Both the position numbers and the translations under genes were made by a program. From Camelus dromedarius (taxonomy: Eukaryota): a stretch of 64,000 nucleotides of DNA. Location: NCBI RefSeq assembly GCF_036321535.1, contig NC_087472.1, forward strand, positions 91,514,001-91,578,000, in the 5' to 3' direction. Shown here in pieces: positions 12,236 through 26,149 of this stretch (position 1 is the first letter of the stretch; every line of letters starts with the position of its first letter). Under the pieces are notes generated by a model. That model was not told where the DNA came from, did no database searches, and saw nothing but the letters and a program-made list of their open reading frames with translations.

Positions 12236-15200
12236 AAAGAGAGAGGAGGAGTCATAATAGAGAATTGTTAAGTTTCTATTTCCTCTCCTCGTCTCCCCAC
12301 CAGAATGCAAGTTCCCTGAGGGCATGAACTTCGTCTTTTATCTTTATACCCCTTGGGAGCTGGCCTGTCTTACACATGTGGAGGCAAATGATTTTCAGAT
12401 TCCCTGGTATAACTCTCCCAAGTGGTTCCTCCGAGCATATCTTATGCAATTGTCATAAAAATGTCTTTTGTACTTTTCAACTACTCAGTAATTTCTAAAA
12501 GCTCTTCAAATAAGAAAGATAAAGATATTTCCAAAGCTCAAAAATTAAACTAAGAACCCCTTGATGCCAGGAGTACTCACTCATTCTTTTATTCATTCCT
12601 CTGTATTTGTTAAGGTGAATAAATCCAGCTTCTGCAACATATGAACAAGAAAATTGTGGCTTAACACAATAAAAGTGTTCTTTTTCTCTCACTTTCCCCT
12701 CCAATGAGACCTGACCAGAGGGAGAGATGGCAATGTTCCATTCAGGGACCAAAACTCTTTCCATCTTATAGACTTGGTTTCCTTGAGGTCATTGGCATCC
12801 TCTGCATTTAGCTTATGGATATGGGGAAAGAGAGACGATCATGAGTGGAAGGTTTCTATGGGCCAGTCCTGGAAGAGTGACCTATCCAGTCTGCTTACAT
12901 TCCATTGGCCATTACTCAGATACATGTTCCATAGAGGTTGGAAAAACTGCGTCTAGCTGTGTGTCCATGATGAATGCAGAGAGGGTGAGCTCTACCTCAC
13001 CCAGTGTGTGCCAAATATTCTATTAGGCACTTGTGATTGTACATTAAACATAGTAGATGTGCTTCCTGCTCTCATTGTGTCTGATGGGAAACAAGACAAA
13101 TCATCATAAAATTAAAATACAGTTTGGGGATAGTCTAATGGTTTCTGGGAGTAGATAAGAAGGGCAATTAATTTAGAACTGATAGATCTTAGTGCTTAGC
13201 ACATTACTTGCTATCCAGTGGGCAGGCGACAGATGTTTGGGGAATAAACGAGAGGAATATTTTTACTAAGACCACCTATATATTTCTCCTCTCAGAATTT
13301 AGTTTCCTCATGTAAGTCACTTAATCTCAACCCCATGTATTAAAATGTTGTCTGACAGAAAAGATGGATTTTATCTTTTTTTGTTTTCAATATCATGAAC
13401 ATATTTTTCATTAACAATCACAGCTTAAAATAAAATACAGGAAAAATCAGAACTGCATCAAAGTTCTAAACTTTATCAAATAGGAAAGATAATACCAATT
13501 TCCAAAACATAAGGGAAGGAAAGGAAAAATAATTTTCCATTAAGTTATCACTTTATATAATGTTTTCAGCCTTTTAATCTTTTATTTCTTCAAATGAATG
13601 GGAAGCTCCCCAGAGGTCCTCTCTGATATAATCCTGTATATACACAAGAGGCATAACCACTAATGAATGACTTGGAGGATAATGATTATTGTTGCTTACC
13701 AGTAACAATGGGCACAGGATAAGTCCAGTGCCCAAACACTCAGATTTTGGAATCTGATGGCCTGACCCTGATTCCTGAAACCACTGCTACCTAGATTCCT
13801 GATCCTAAAAGGACAAAATGAAATAATGCAAGTAAAGTATTATTGTTCTGCCTTGCATGCAGTAAATGTATGTTAATGTTAGTACCATCATTCTTATTAG
13901 CCACGTGAATCATGAAGAAAGAAAATGGGACTACTTTGACCACTAGGTGATTTCATCTATAACGAGAGAGTCAAATCTTTAAGTCTAACTGTGATTTCCA
14001 GGTGTGTTAGGATCCTTCAAGAAGTCACAGATCGTGCAGTAATAAAATAACAGGCACTGTATAAAGCAAGCCCAGATAATTCATAATCTGAACAATCACT
14101 ACTTTCCACCTGTCTTTTTATTTTCATTTCCAGCTAGGTGTTATTTTCTTTCCATGCTAGTATCTGAATAAACACTTAGATTAAAATAAACGAAAGAGAA
14201 ATTCTCAGGGCAGCAACCATGTCCATGATTAATGCAGTACTGGGTTCACCCTTTAACATAGGTGAAGACATCTCTGAAAGCCAGGATTGATGGCAGCAAG
14301 GAAGAGAAGATGCACTTCAACTGTACACATTTCCCAAATGATCACCTTTGCATGACCTTCATATAAAACCCAAAGGTGTTTATTGGCCTTGTGCATGAGC
14401 ACATCTCGGGCGAAGGCAGCTGCCTTTCCTCACGGTACAAGTGAAAGATTTTAGATTAGGAAGCAGATGAGGTTAAATTACTTCATTATTTACTCATTGG
14501 GGGAAAATCAATTTCTGGAATATAATCCTATTGACCTGACTGGCACCGACCAGGAGCATAAGTAATCACAACCCTAAAATAAATATCTGTTCATACCTTG
14601 AAAAGACACCTACACTAACCATTCTCCTTTATGCATTAAGGGTATCAAATAACCATGCAAACCAGACTCAAGGCTAATGGGTCTCTTTTTTGAATATGTC
14701 ACTAAAATGGGATGGTGAAAATTGTGCTTATTTTGTTCTGACCTTGTGAAATTCACACATTATATGATCAAGGCTGTGTATTTCCTATCTCCAGTTAATA
14801 CTAAGATTATTATGTTGCCAGACAATAGTGAAACAAGCAAACATCACTGAAACAAAAGTTACCCAATTACACCAAGGAATAGTGTGTTCACATCCAATCA
14901 GCAGCAAATTATGGTGTAGTATAATATGCATAAGAAATTTTAACCCTAACTCCCAAGCAGGGGATTCACAATGGCCCAATCCTACTCTCTTTCTCGTAGA
15001 AATTTCCTTCCAGGTTTGTCCTTTAGCAAGGATGTCCTAAGCTTCCATCATGTTGAATTTAGCCTTGCAAGGATTTTTAATTAACAGCGATGATCCACAA
15101 GCCATGATTTATATGCAATAAAGATGCCCTATTTTATCTTCTTTCCCCAGGCTATGATATATGGATGCTTCTAATAAGCCAAAGATAAAAGTGGTTTGGT

Positions 15201-15862
15201 CCAAAAAGCACCTATTTTCTCAAAGATGCACATTAAGACCACAGCTGTCAGCAAGGGAATAAAGTAGAGCCCAGGCGACAGAAAATATAAAGGAAGTAGA
15301 AAATGATCAAGGTTTAATTTATGTATTTATGATTAGATCCTAATTCTTTTCCTAGAAACACTTAATTTTTACTTCAAGTAAAGCACTATATTTAAAAACT
15401 ATAGTTTGGTGAGGGTTATCTGAAATACTTCTAAGTTATGTGATTCTATTTTAAAGAATCTTAAATTTACTCATTCAAGTTCATGCTGTTCATAAGGCTA
15501 CAACACTTACTGCAATGATGCTACTGTAGCTGAAAATATGTTAGCATTTCTTCTGGTATAACTCTCAGACAGTAGTATATTCTTTTGAATATACCTAGTG
15601 TTGAAATGTCATATTTTGTACTTGGATTGTGATTCTCTAGTCCTCTAGCTCTGCTGTAAATTAGCTGGTTGATCTTGTGCTGTCACTTAATCCCTCTGGG
15701 TCACAGTTTACTTACATACATAAAGGCGTGATTGTGCTAACATTACTGTAAAGGGCCTTTCCAACTATAAAATTATACAATTTTCTGACTTGGTATTTGG
15801 AAACAGCCAGTGTTAAAACTGGAGAAATATTGTTTTATATACTTAGAGAAATTCTTGTGAAG

Positions 15863-16570
15863 TCATTCATTCATTCAACAAATAGTTTTGAGTGCCTACT
15901 GTGTGCTAGGTACTCTCCTTAAGTGCTGAAGATACATTAGTTGACAAAATAAAGAGCTCTGTCTTTGTGGAACTTAAATTTTAGACAGATGAGACAGATA
16001 ATAGATAATGAATGCAATAAATAAACCAACTGTATAGTATTATAATATATTATAGGGTAAGTGCAATGAAAAAAATAAAACTAGAGTGAGGTATGGAGTA
16101 TGGGGAAGACAATGGTTAAGGTGCTGGGAAAGGGTGGGTAGCTGGCAGTATTAAATAGAGCGGTCAGAGACCATCTCATTAAGAAGGTGAGGCTTATGCA
16201 AAGACTTGAAGGAGATGAAGGAGCTAACTCAATGATGTCTTGTGGAAGAATGGCTCATACAAAGTGCACAGCTAAAGCAAAGGCCCTGAGGTAGAATCAC
16301 GTGTGTCTTGTTTGAGAAAGAGCCAGAGTGGCTGGAACTGACTGAGCCCAGAACAAGTGGTAGGAGAGGAGGTGAGAGAGGTGACAGGGCTAATCATGGA
16401 ACACCCACTGGGCCATGATAGGGACTTGAGTACTTATTCCAAGTGAGATGGCAGCCATTGCAAAACTTTGAATGGAGAAGTGCTATGATCAGACTTAACA
16501 TTTATAGAAAATCACCCTTGTTGCTACACTGAGAATGTTTATATAGGGGAAAAAAGGCAGAGGTAGTGAG
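15863..16570 (-). mobile_element. L2 3' fragment
   Basis: cattcattcattcaacaaatagttttgagtgcctactgtgtgctagg is the L2 3' end in reverse. Confidence 0.8.
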
Positions 16571-17264
16571 ATCATGCCATTTTTGCTTTTGTATTTTGTA
16601 AAATGCCTATGAAGCTGACACCAAAAGGAATGCATCGGTGTTTTGTGGAGAACATGTTGAAAGAAGTGAATAATTTCAAATATTATCTAGGTTTATGAAT
16701 TGTGAGTTTGTAACAAAGTCATTTGCAATAGATCTTCATTTTCTATATTCCCAAGATATTCTGCTTAGGCTGATAATAAAACTTTCAGAAGTGAAGACAA
16801 TAATCACTGTTTAAAACAATTATTAGGTGTATAGTCAAATCTTCAAGTTCATAGCATTTCAAGAGGCAGGAGGCCACTTATTCATAACTGAAAGATAATT
16901 GTTCATTGTATTCTCATGTCTTTGAACAACTATAAAGCACCCTTCCCAACTGTTTAAAAAGTGTTTCAAAAGTTAAAGTGTTTCCTATTGATTCACTGTA
17001 TTCTTTTTATTACTATACACTGCCTTTCTCTAGTCTTGTTCAATAAGAATTAAGCCCACTACCATTCATTCCTGTCCTGGGAGGAGGTTAGTAAGACTTC
17101 TGAATTACCTGTTAACACTAGAGTTCTGGCTTTAACAAACGATGTGATATAGATGCCCTACTGGTGGTTGTGAGAGTAAAACCTTGAATTCACAACGGTT
17201 CAGTAACTATCACAAGTATCTTACCTGAAAAATATTCAGTACATTCTTTTTTATACGTCTAAAT

Positions 17265-17470
17265 CAGTACTGTCCAACAGAACTTTCTACAAAAATGGAA
17301 ATATTCTTTATCTTTGCTATCCAACATTGTAGGACCAGCCACAAATCTCCAATGAGAACTTGAAATGTGGTTAGTGTGACTGATGAACTGAGTTTTTAAT
17401 TGTATTTAGTTTTAATTAATTTAAATTTAAGTAGCCTCATGTGGCTAGTAGCTATTGTATTGAACAGCTG
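17265..17470. mobile_element. hAT-Charlie MITE (MER3-like)
   Basis: cagtactgtccaacagaactttct...gctattgtattgaacag. Confidence 0.7.
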
Positions 17471-19789
17471 ACATCTAAATTCTTATTCTATATTATGTCA
17501 GACTGTCCTTGAGACATTCCTGCCCCATATTGTTTTCGTATGTCCTAGAAATGCTTCTCTTGAATGTTCTTTGATATTATGCCACAGTCATTCAAATTAA
17601 GGAAATCAAAGTCAAAGTAAGGAAATTTTTAAAAAAGCAGCCCTATGAAAGCCATTGCTACATTCACTGGAAGGAAGTTGTCAAGGGCTCTGATGATTGT
17701 GTAACAAAGCAGCCTATTACTGTGGTCTGCCTACTAGAACATGTGGTTGTTCTAAAAAGTGTATCTGTATGATGTAATTTACTGTGTTACATCTTTACAT
17801 TTGCTCCAGGAGAGCACAGAGCCTAATAGGTAGCCCATCTCTTGCAAGCATATATGATACAGAGCCTCTTGGGCTACGGATCGTGTGCTTATTTTACTTC
17901 TAACCTTTGTCTTTTTTTTTCTTCTCTGTTCTCTCTTTTCATCCTGCTCCCTCTTTGCTGATTTTCTTATTTTAAACATTAATTGGCGGTATTGTATTCA
18001 TTTTTGTATTCCACAAACAAGCAGAATAAGAATAAAAATTAAACACAATCTCTTCAAAGTGCTGACTTCCCAAGACTTTATTATTATTTTTGCTTTTCTC
18101 TAAATTATTACCAAATTCTACATATTTCACGTCAATTGTTGACCCCATATTGATCCTATGACACTCAAAACACCCTAGACATGAAAATGAGAATAAAAAG
18201 AGGATATTATATGTAATTCGTTAGATTATAATTTATTCATTTCAATATTATGCTTGCTATGTTATTAAGAAATTTTGATACCATAAGTTTCATATAAATT
18301 TATGCTTATGATGACCTTGAATTATACTAAGATGTCTCCAAGGGTTGAGATCATAGGTGTTTGTTATAGAAATGGAACCATTTAGGAAAATGTACAAGAG
18401 TGGCTTTAAAAAAATGAGTATTCACAGTATCTGTGACTCTATGACTTGATGATCATTAATTAAAATTAACTATTGCTCACCTGTCCTGGGCTGAGTTTAT
18501 TTTATCATTCTTCTTTAAACACACACACACACGCATCTCTACTTGGCTTTGTCTTCAGAGCTAAACTGGAAACAACTTGATAAAGTCTATTATGTGTTTT
18601 CTGTCATCAGGCTTCCTGATGGTTTGCAGAAGTTTGAATCAGTTACTTTACTCCTGGACTGTATGAAAACTCTGTTTCTCACTTGGAAAAAAATCCATCA
18701 CTCGTTATGCTAATTAATGAGTGTGAATCAGTGCTCGGCAAAGGAAAAGAGGGTGCTTGTTCTTTTAGTCGAATTCTTGCTCTAGTCCCAGTTTGGCAAT
18801 TTGGCCAATGTTTTGTCATTATCTGCCAGTGATTCAAGAGGCATATAATCTTGAGTGAAGGGGAAAAAAATCAGGATTTTAAATATGAAAACCATAATAC
18901 CTAATACCATACAGGAGATTTGCCATATTTGGACAGGTAACACAGCCTTGCTGTTGATAGGAAGGTGACTTTTCTTCCACCCCAACCACAAAACAACTTT
19001 TATTATATTTACTGAGAGAAAGTAAAAGACATCTCAATCTTCACAATTGCCTATGCATGTGCTAGATGTAAATTACTACTCAAGTAAATAACTTGGAAGT
19101 CAATTTGTCTAACATCAAAAAGAAATGGGAACACATAGTAATCAAATGGTAATCTAAATTCCTCATACTGAAAAACTACTGTTTTTAAAAATGAGTTCAG
19201 TATCATTTGATTTATTTTATATTTATTTACAACAGATTCTTTTGTTATATGAACTCTATAATTTTGACTAAAACATGTACAACAAATTATAGCCCTTTTC
19301 TTCACATTGCAAGGACAAGATTCAACTGAACAGCTAACTCTTAAATAATTAAAGAAGAAAGTAGGTCAATGCCATGTATTAAATGACTAGCTCCGAAGAT
19401 AGCTATATCAGCTATTGTGATTTTAGAGATGCCTCTCAAAGATGTAAAGTTATTAAGCTATCTTCAGAGCTAGTCTTTTGCTTCATTTAAATGTATGGAA
19501 TTGACCTCAAAGATTATCCTCATATTGAATTAAATATTAACTTGGTTCTGCTTCATCATTTAATACACGACATTTATATTTCAAGATAGAAAATAACTTT
19601 TATTGATTTTAAAACTCTAATTACAATAGAGCTCCCTAACAATGTGTCCTTGAAACATGGTAATTACCCAGACACTCTTATCAAGCGTGAACTATATTAC
19701 ATTTGGACCCACTTAAAAATCATCCATTTGAAGTCATGCCCCTCTTATGTCACTCCTTATAAAAGAGAACTAGCATGAAAGAGTTAGTC

Positions 19790-20260
19790 TCCACATTCTC
19801 ACCTCCCACTCTCAGACTTTTATTCCCTCTATTCTGGAAAGGTTCTTATCAAGGTCACCAGTAACCAACCTACTTAATAACAAGCTTATGATCAGTTTTC
19901 AGTCACCACCCTCCTTGACCTCTTAGCAACATTTCACATAGTTTAAGATACTGTCTTCCTTGAAATCTTTCCTTCACTTGGGTTTCCAGATTTTCCTCCT
20001 ACCTCACTGGCTTGCTCCTTCTCAATTTCATTTGCTAACGCATCCTCCTCTTCCTGACCTCTGAGTAACACTGTTCTAGAGCGCAGTCTTTGTCCTTCTT
20101 TTTTACCCACACTCTATCCCTAGGTGATCTCATCCAGTCCTGTGACTTTGAAATAATATCTAGATGGTGATAACTCCAAAATTTACATCTCCTGCCCTGA
20201 TCTCATTTCCAAATATCAGATTCATATATGAATTACTTGCTTGATATTTCTACTTTGATT
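19790..20260 (+). mobile_element. L2 RT-region fragment
   Basis: tcaaggtcaccagtaacc...ttgacctcttagcaacattt...ggtgatctcatccagtcc. Confidence 0.75.
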
Positions 20261-20272
20261 AAGGAATATAAC

Positions 20273-21085
20273 TTTTTTTTTTAACTGAAGTATAGTCAGT
20301 CTACAATGTTGTGTCAATTTCTGGTGTATAGGCAGTACTTCAGTCATATAGGAACATACATATATTCTTTTTTATATTCTTTTTCACCATAAGTTACTAC
20401 AAGATATCAAATATAGTTCCCTGTGCTATACAGTATAAACTTGTTGCTTATCTATTTTATATATATATTAGTATCTGCAAATCTTCAACTCCCTATATGG
20501 ATCTGCAAATCTCAAACTCAGCTATATGGCAATAAATTGGACAATTTAGAAGAAATGGACTAGTTTCTAAAAACATATAGTCCACCAAAACAGAATCAAG
20601 AAGAAATAGATCATTTGAACAGACCAATCACTAAAAGAGAAATAGAATCAGCAATAAAAAATCTCCCTGCAAACAAATGTCCAGGACTAGATGGCTTCAC
20701 TGGGGAATTCTATCAGACATACAAAGAAGAGCTCATACCAATCCTTCTCAAAGTCTTCCAAAAGACTGAAGCAGAGGGAATACTCCCAAACTCATTCTAC
20801 GAAGCCACCATCACCCTGATACCAAAGCCAAAGACACTATCAAAAAAGAAAGCTAGAGGCCAATATTAACATAGATGCAAAAATTCTCAACAAAATATTA
20901 GCAAACAGAATCCAACAACACAAAAAAAATCATACACCATGATCAAATTGGATTCATCCCAGGGACACAAGGATGGTTCAACATATGCAAATCAATCAGT
21001 GTGATACAACACATCAACAAGAGAAAGGACAAAAATCACATGATCATCTCAAAAGATGCAGAAAAAGCATTTGATAAAATTCAAA
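20273..21085 (-). mobile_element. Young L1 with inversion: minus-strand 3' end (20273-~20519) joined to a plus-strand ORF2 segment (~20520-21085)
   Basis: PolyT and reverse 3'UTR (aatatagttccctgtgctata), then the ORF2 peptide [17 protein letters not shown]...GFTGEFYQT...[10 protein letters not shown] on +. Confidence 0.9.
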
Positions 21086-22350
21086 TTCCTTCATCTGAGA
21101 ATGTCTTTATTTCACCTTTATTTTTGAAGGATATTCTCTCTGAATGTAGAATTCTGGATTCACAGTTCTTTTCTTTCATCACTTTAAGTATGTTCTACTC
21201 CTTTTTTTCTGTCCACCGTGGTTTCTGATGAGAAATCCATTGTTATTTAAGTAATTGTTTTACTATAGGTTATGCATCATTTTTTCTCTGGCTGCTTTCA
21301 AGACTTTTCTTTGGCTTTGGTTTTTAGCAGTTTGAATATAATGTTTCTACATTTGAATTTTGGGGGGTTTATCCTGTTTGGGATTCATTTAGTTTCTTGA
21401 ATTTGTAGGTCTTCTGTAGAACTAGGGAAATTTTTGTCTATTAGTTCTTCAACTGTTTTTCAGCAACACACACTTCCCACATTTCCTCTAGGATTCCAAC
21501 ATGAATGTTAGACATTTTATTGTAGTCTCACGGGTCCATTTGGCTCTATTTACTTTTTCAAATTTTTTTTCCTATTTGTTGCTGAGACTTGACAATTTCT
21601 GTTGCTGTATCTTTAAAAAGTTCACTAAATCTTTCCTCTGTCACCACTATTCTGCTTTTGAGTATATCAAATGAGGTTTTAAATTTTCTATTTTATTTTT
21701 CAGTCCTCAAATTTCCATTTGGTTCTTCTTCATATATTCTGCTTCTTTACATATACTTTTAATTTTAACTTGCATTTCAGCAGTGTGATTGCTCTTCATA
21801 GCATTTTGAATATAGCTGCTTTAAAGTCTGTCAGAAAATTCCATTATCTATGTCATCTTGTTGGTGATGGCTAATTGTCTTTTCCCACCACATGAGCTGA
21901 CATTTCTGCTGAGTAATTTTGGATTGTTTCTTGGACATCTTAAGTATTATGAGATTGAGTCTTGTTTAAATTCTAAAAAGGGTGTTTATATTTTTTGTTT
22001 TAGTAGGTACTTGAATAGGTTTGGATATTTTTGTGCTAGCATGTACTTGTCCCAATTTGATCCAGGCTTCATGTTTTAACCTACCTTCTGTGAGCTGCGG
22101 TACCAATGTCAATTCAGTTGTTGAAGGCTTTGCAGGTTTTTTGGAACTGACCCTCATGTGCACCACCCAGTGGTCAGTTTGGTACCTGGGTGGAGGTCTG
22201 TCAGCTCAGTCTTTGGTATCTAGGATCAGATCCATGCATGTACAGATTGAGGGTGAATCTACGAATCCAAAAACAGCTTTACTGGGTCTCTTTATCAAGC
22301 TCCTCCCTCTCTATTATTGCCCTGGGCCTTTCTGGTTCCCTGGAGCTCTG
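21086..22350 (-). mobile_element. Old L1M fragment (ORF1/5' region)
   Basis: tctgagaatgtctttatttcacctttatttttgaaggata...gaattctggatt is the reverse of an L1 ORF1 end. Confidence 0.75.
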
Positions 22351-24421
22351 GAAAAGGAGGCAGTTTTAATAATCATGCCAAGAGAACAAGCATAACTGGG
22401 ACTATCACAGTAAACTGAGTCATATGGTTACTATATTAATAAAGAACATGGGACTGGGAAACAGCAGAGCTACTCTATAGCTAACAGGGAGAAAAGACCA
22501 GACTGACATGCCTTCTACCAGTCTTATATATTGGGTCATCTTATAAGATTTTATTTGAACAAGAAGTTTAATGGATCAACAAATTTGAAAATGATGAACA
22601 CAAAGAAAGTCTTAACAATTTATCTATTTGCAGTTAAGAAGTATGAATAGCTTTTCGTGTATCTAAAATCCTTCGTGTATCTAAAATGCATTTTTTTGTA
22701 CAAATGGAAAGAACATACAGTTATGTAATTTAGATATAGTACTTGCTTTAAACAAAATAAGGAGAAGAATGAATCCTTTGTAGTATGTTCTTGAGAAAAT
22801 ATATTCTATCTTGCTTTTTTGGTCTATATTCTAGTACAGAAATTAAAACATTTGTTGTGGAAATTTTTATTTATATTAAGATATCTACATAATTTATAAA
22901 TGCTATTAAGATAAGTGTGCATTTGATAAAGAAATGAACAAAAATATATGGTAACATAAAATGTGAAAACTGTAAAAGAAAATATATATGACTATTGTGT
23001 TGGAAGCACTTTATTTTCTGTTTCTTGAGAAGAAATTCTTTGGCATAAAAGGAACTATAGGTATTACTGGTCCCAGTTTAAAAATTTCTCTAAATTACCT
23101 CCACTTAGTCACTGGGCCTCTAAGAGGGAATTCATATTATCCCAATCCAGATCATTATACTTGTTAATTTCTACTTTTTAGTAAGTTTTTTTCCAACGCT
23201 TTGAGCCTATTTTTACATCTTTATTATTTGGCTCTATTTCTATACTCTTAATCAAACAGAATTATAATCATTTTGTTCATTTATTTACTCATTCATTCAT
23301 CCCACCTTTATTTATTTGTCATTTCCCACATGCAAGGTATTGTGCTGGGTGCCTGGGGCACAGTGCTGAACATGACAGACATAGACTCTACTCCGGAGTT
23401 TACAGACACTCAAGAAAAAGATCATTTGGAGATCTATCAGATATTAGAAAAGAACAGCAGTCTCACTTTCTCACATGGTGCAATGCACTGAACTGGACCA
23501 CCTCCCTGCTGCACTCCTCCCATCTAACTGCACACTCCTCCTCAATCAACCTAGATTTGGAATCAGAAAGAATTCACTTGAGGCTGGCATCACCCATCCA
23601 GGGCCAGTGTGGTGGAACCATTCACAGCTAAAGTGGTAGACTCTGTTATATAAATCAAGTTCTAGAAGGATCAGATGCTGCTCAGCACTAGTTTATCACG
23701 ATTATTGTTTTCCTTGGAATAAGAGTCATAGTAACAGGAAGAAAATGCTTTCCTCCTAAGATACTTGCCTTTGTTTTCAGAGGGCAAAAATGCTCGTGCT
23801 TTCTTTGGTGGGAGAAGCCTTCTTTTTAGGTAAGTAGTGAGGTTCTCACTGGTGGGGATGCTGAATTGAGGAGAGGAGGATGGAAAGACCTGCTTCTGTC
23901 ACTCATCTCATGTAAGCAGAAACAGACCTCTTCTCTAAAGTAGTAGCTACCGGAGAAGGTAAGAAACAAGAAAGGGCTGAAGCAGGTAACATTTACCCTA
24001 TATGAGAAACACATAATTTAAGTTTCCTGGGGATTCTAAAAAGATGATGGAACAATTATAGAAAGATAGAGGTGAGGCTAAAAAGAATATTCATCAGACC
24101 TCTTCCTAGTGAAGGAATGCAAGAATCTATTTCATTGAGGTCCAGAGAAGGTATACAACAAGTACATTGTTTTGTTTTGTCTCTTGCCTAAGTGCTTCTG
24201 CCACTCAAATCTTCCCTGCAGTCTGAGGGCACAACTCCGTTTCCAGTGATGGCAGTGGATCAACCCGTAACTGGCAATCAGATAACCTAAGGCAAGAGAT
24301 ATTAAGAGACATTTCCCTGGGGCTTGGATGGTGTTAGTTCTGAAAGTAGATGTTTACCACACATACCGTGGCACTACTGAGTGCTATACCTCTAGCGAAA
24401 GAGGCAGACACATATTCTTTA

Positions 24422-24423
<2 letters not shown>

Positions 24424-24483
<60 letters not shown>

Positions 24484-24576
24484 AGCGAGAGAGCGAGAGA
24501 GCGAGGGAGGGAGAGGGAGAGTGAGAGAGAGTGAGAGTGAGAGCGAGCGAGCGAGCGAGCGATTGATTGATTGACT
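24424..24576. repeat. Compound microsatellite (TG)~28 - (GA/GAGC)n - (GATT)n inside a probable old ERVL-type LTR (~24050-24830)
   Basis: Microsatellite read directly; the LTR assignment is tentative. Confidence 0.9.
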
Positions 24577-25019
24577 CATGGCTCAAGGCAAGGTGCCTGG
24601 GCCTAAGGGACTAATCTGCTCTCAAGCCATTTGGCAAGATGAAGTAGTTAGCTCATCATGAAGTTATGCCCAAATATGCAGCATGCTTCTTTATATTTGC
24701 TTTCACTTTCGGCCTCAGTACCCCTTTCTCTCACTTTTGATTCTTGAGATTGCATGCCTCTATAAAGTATTAGCCATAAACATTTGCCTTAGGATTTATT
24801 CTCTGTGGAATCCAGGCTAAATTAAGTTACACTTCAATGATGGCTAGAAATAGTTCCATGATCATGTTGATAGGTTTTTTTTTTTTAGGTCCCTGGAAAG
24901 AATTTATTTGGACTTGGTGACTAGACTGAATTTAAATACCTACTCTCACTTTTCATTTTTTGAAAATTGAGCCAACTCTCACATTATTGTTGCCCTGTCC
25001 TCACAGCCAATGTCTGTGT

Positions 25020-25290
25020 TTTTTAGTTAACAGTTACTGCAGGCTTACTATATGTTAGCCACCCTGTGTTAAGCACTTTGCTTGCATTATCTCATTTAAT
25101 GCAGATAACAACCTTATGAGGTAGGTATTATTACTTCTGTTTTATGGATGATGATTAGGCTTCGTTAGGTCAAATAATTCACCCAAGGTCATTTGTCTAG
25201 GGTCACACGGCTGGTAAACAATAGAAGTCAGAGTTAAACCTCACTTCTGAATCCAGTCTGCACTCTTAATCACTGTGCCATACTACCTCT
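25020..25290 (-). mobile_element. MIR
   Basis: tatctcatttaatgc...tatgaggtaggtattatt...cccaaggtca. Confidence 0.75.
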
Positions 25291-26149
25291 CTGGGATAGA
25301 AACTTCTCTCACTCTAGCATTTGGATCATAGTAAGCTTCCCTAGCTCTGTTGCCACTGTCACCAACCACTTGTATCACAGATCCTTCCTCCACTTCATCT
25401 CCTCACAGCTTTAACTGGCTCTGGAACGGTCACAAATTGAGGCTTAACATCACTCAGAACTGTCCTCACCCAAAATCTGAAACTCTGAATTTTCCCTTCT
25501 GACCACATCTCACTATCCTGCTACCTACCCAACCCATGTTTCTATCAGATATGTATTTTTCTCTATCATTAGAGCCCAACTCATCTTATTTAAAAATATC
25601 CCCTTTGGATCTATTTAGTTCACTTTCCCTTGGGCCCACCGTATGGATGTACCACCGCCCTGTTTCTCTCCTCCTGCTGCTGAGCTTCCGAAGGCTTTTT
25701 TAGGTTGAAAAGCCCAAATGTTTCATCAGCTGGGCCCTGAAGGCTTTTGAGTTATTCATTTGTCTTCAAAATATGTTTTTGTTTTTGTAATGATCGGGTA
25801 GTGTGTAAGATCTTCGAAATTTAGAGATGAAAGAATAAATTCTGTCTCCAAGTAGCTTACAAATAAGTAGAAAAATTCTATTTGGTTGTTGCCCTAGTCT
25901 TCTTTTAATAGTTGTGACTCAGTGTGGTTCAGAAAAACTTGAGGATTGGAGATAATGACTTTGTCATTACACTTGGTTCAAAAAGTGTTCCCACTTATAC
26001 TAAGCCTAAATAGAGACTCTATTTCCCTTCACCATGGGTCGTGCCAGGATCATTCTGTTACCACTTCCTTAATTAATACTTTTAAACATAACTTTCCATT
26101 TCTCATGCTCTTCCTCCACCACACCAGGCATGGGGATTCCCCTCCGTAG

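Noticed and set aside
22654..22688. Short tandem duplication ttcgtgtatctaaaat x2
   Set aside because: Ordinary slippage duplication with no evident function.
24328..24579. CV/TH/ER-repeat ORFs
   Set aside because: Translations of the microsatellite.
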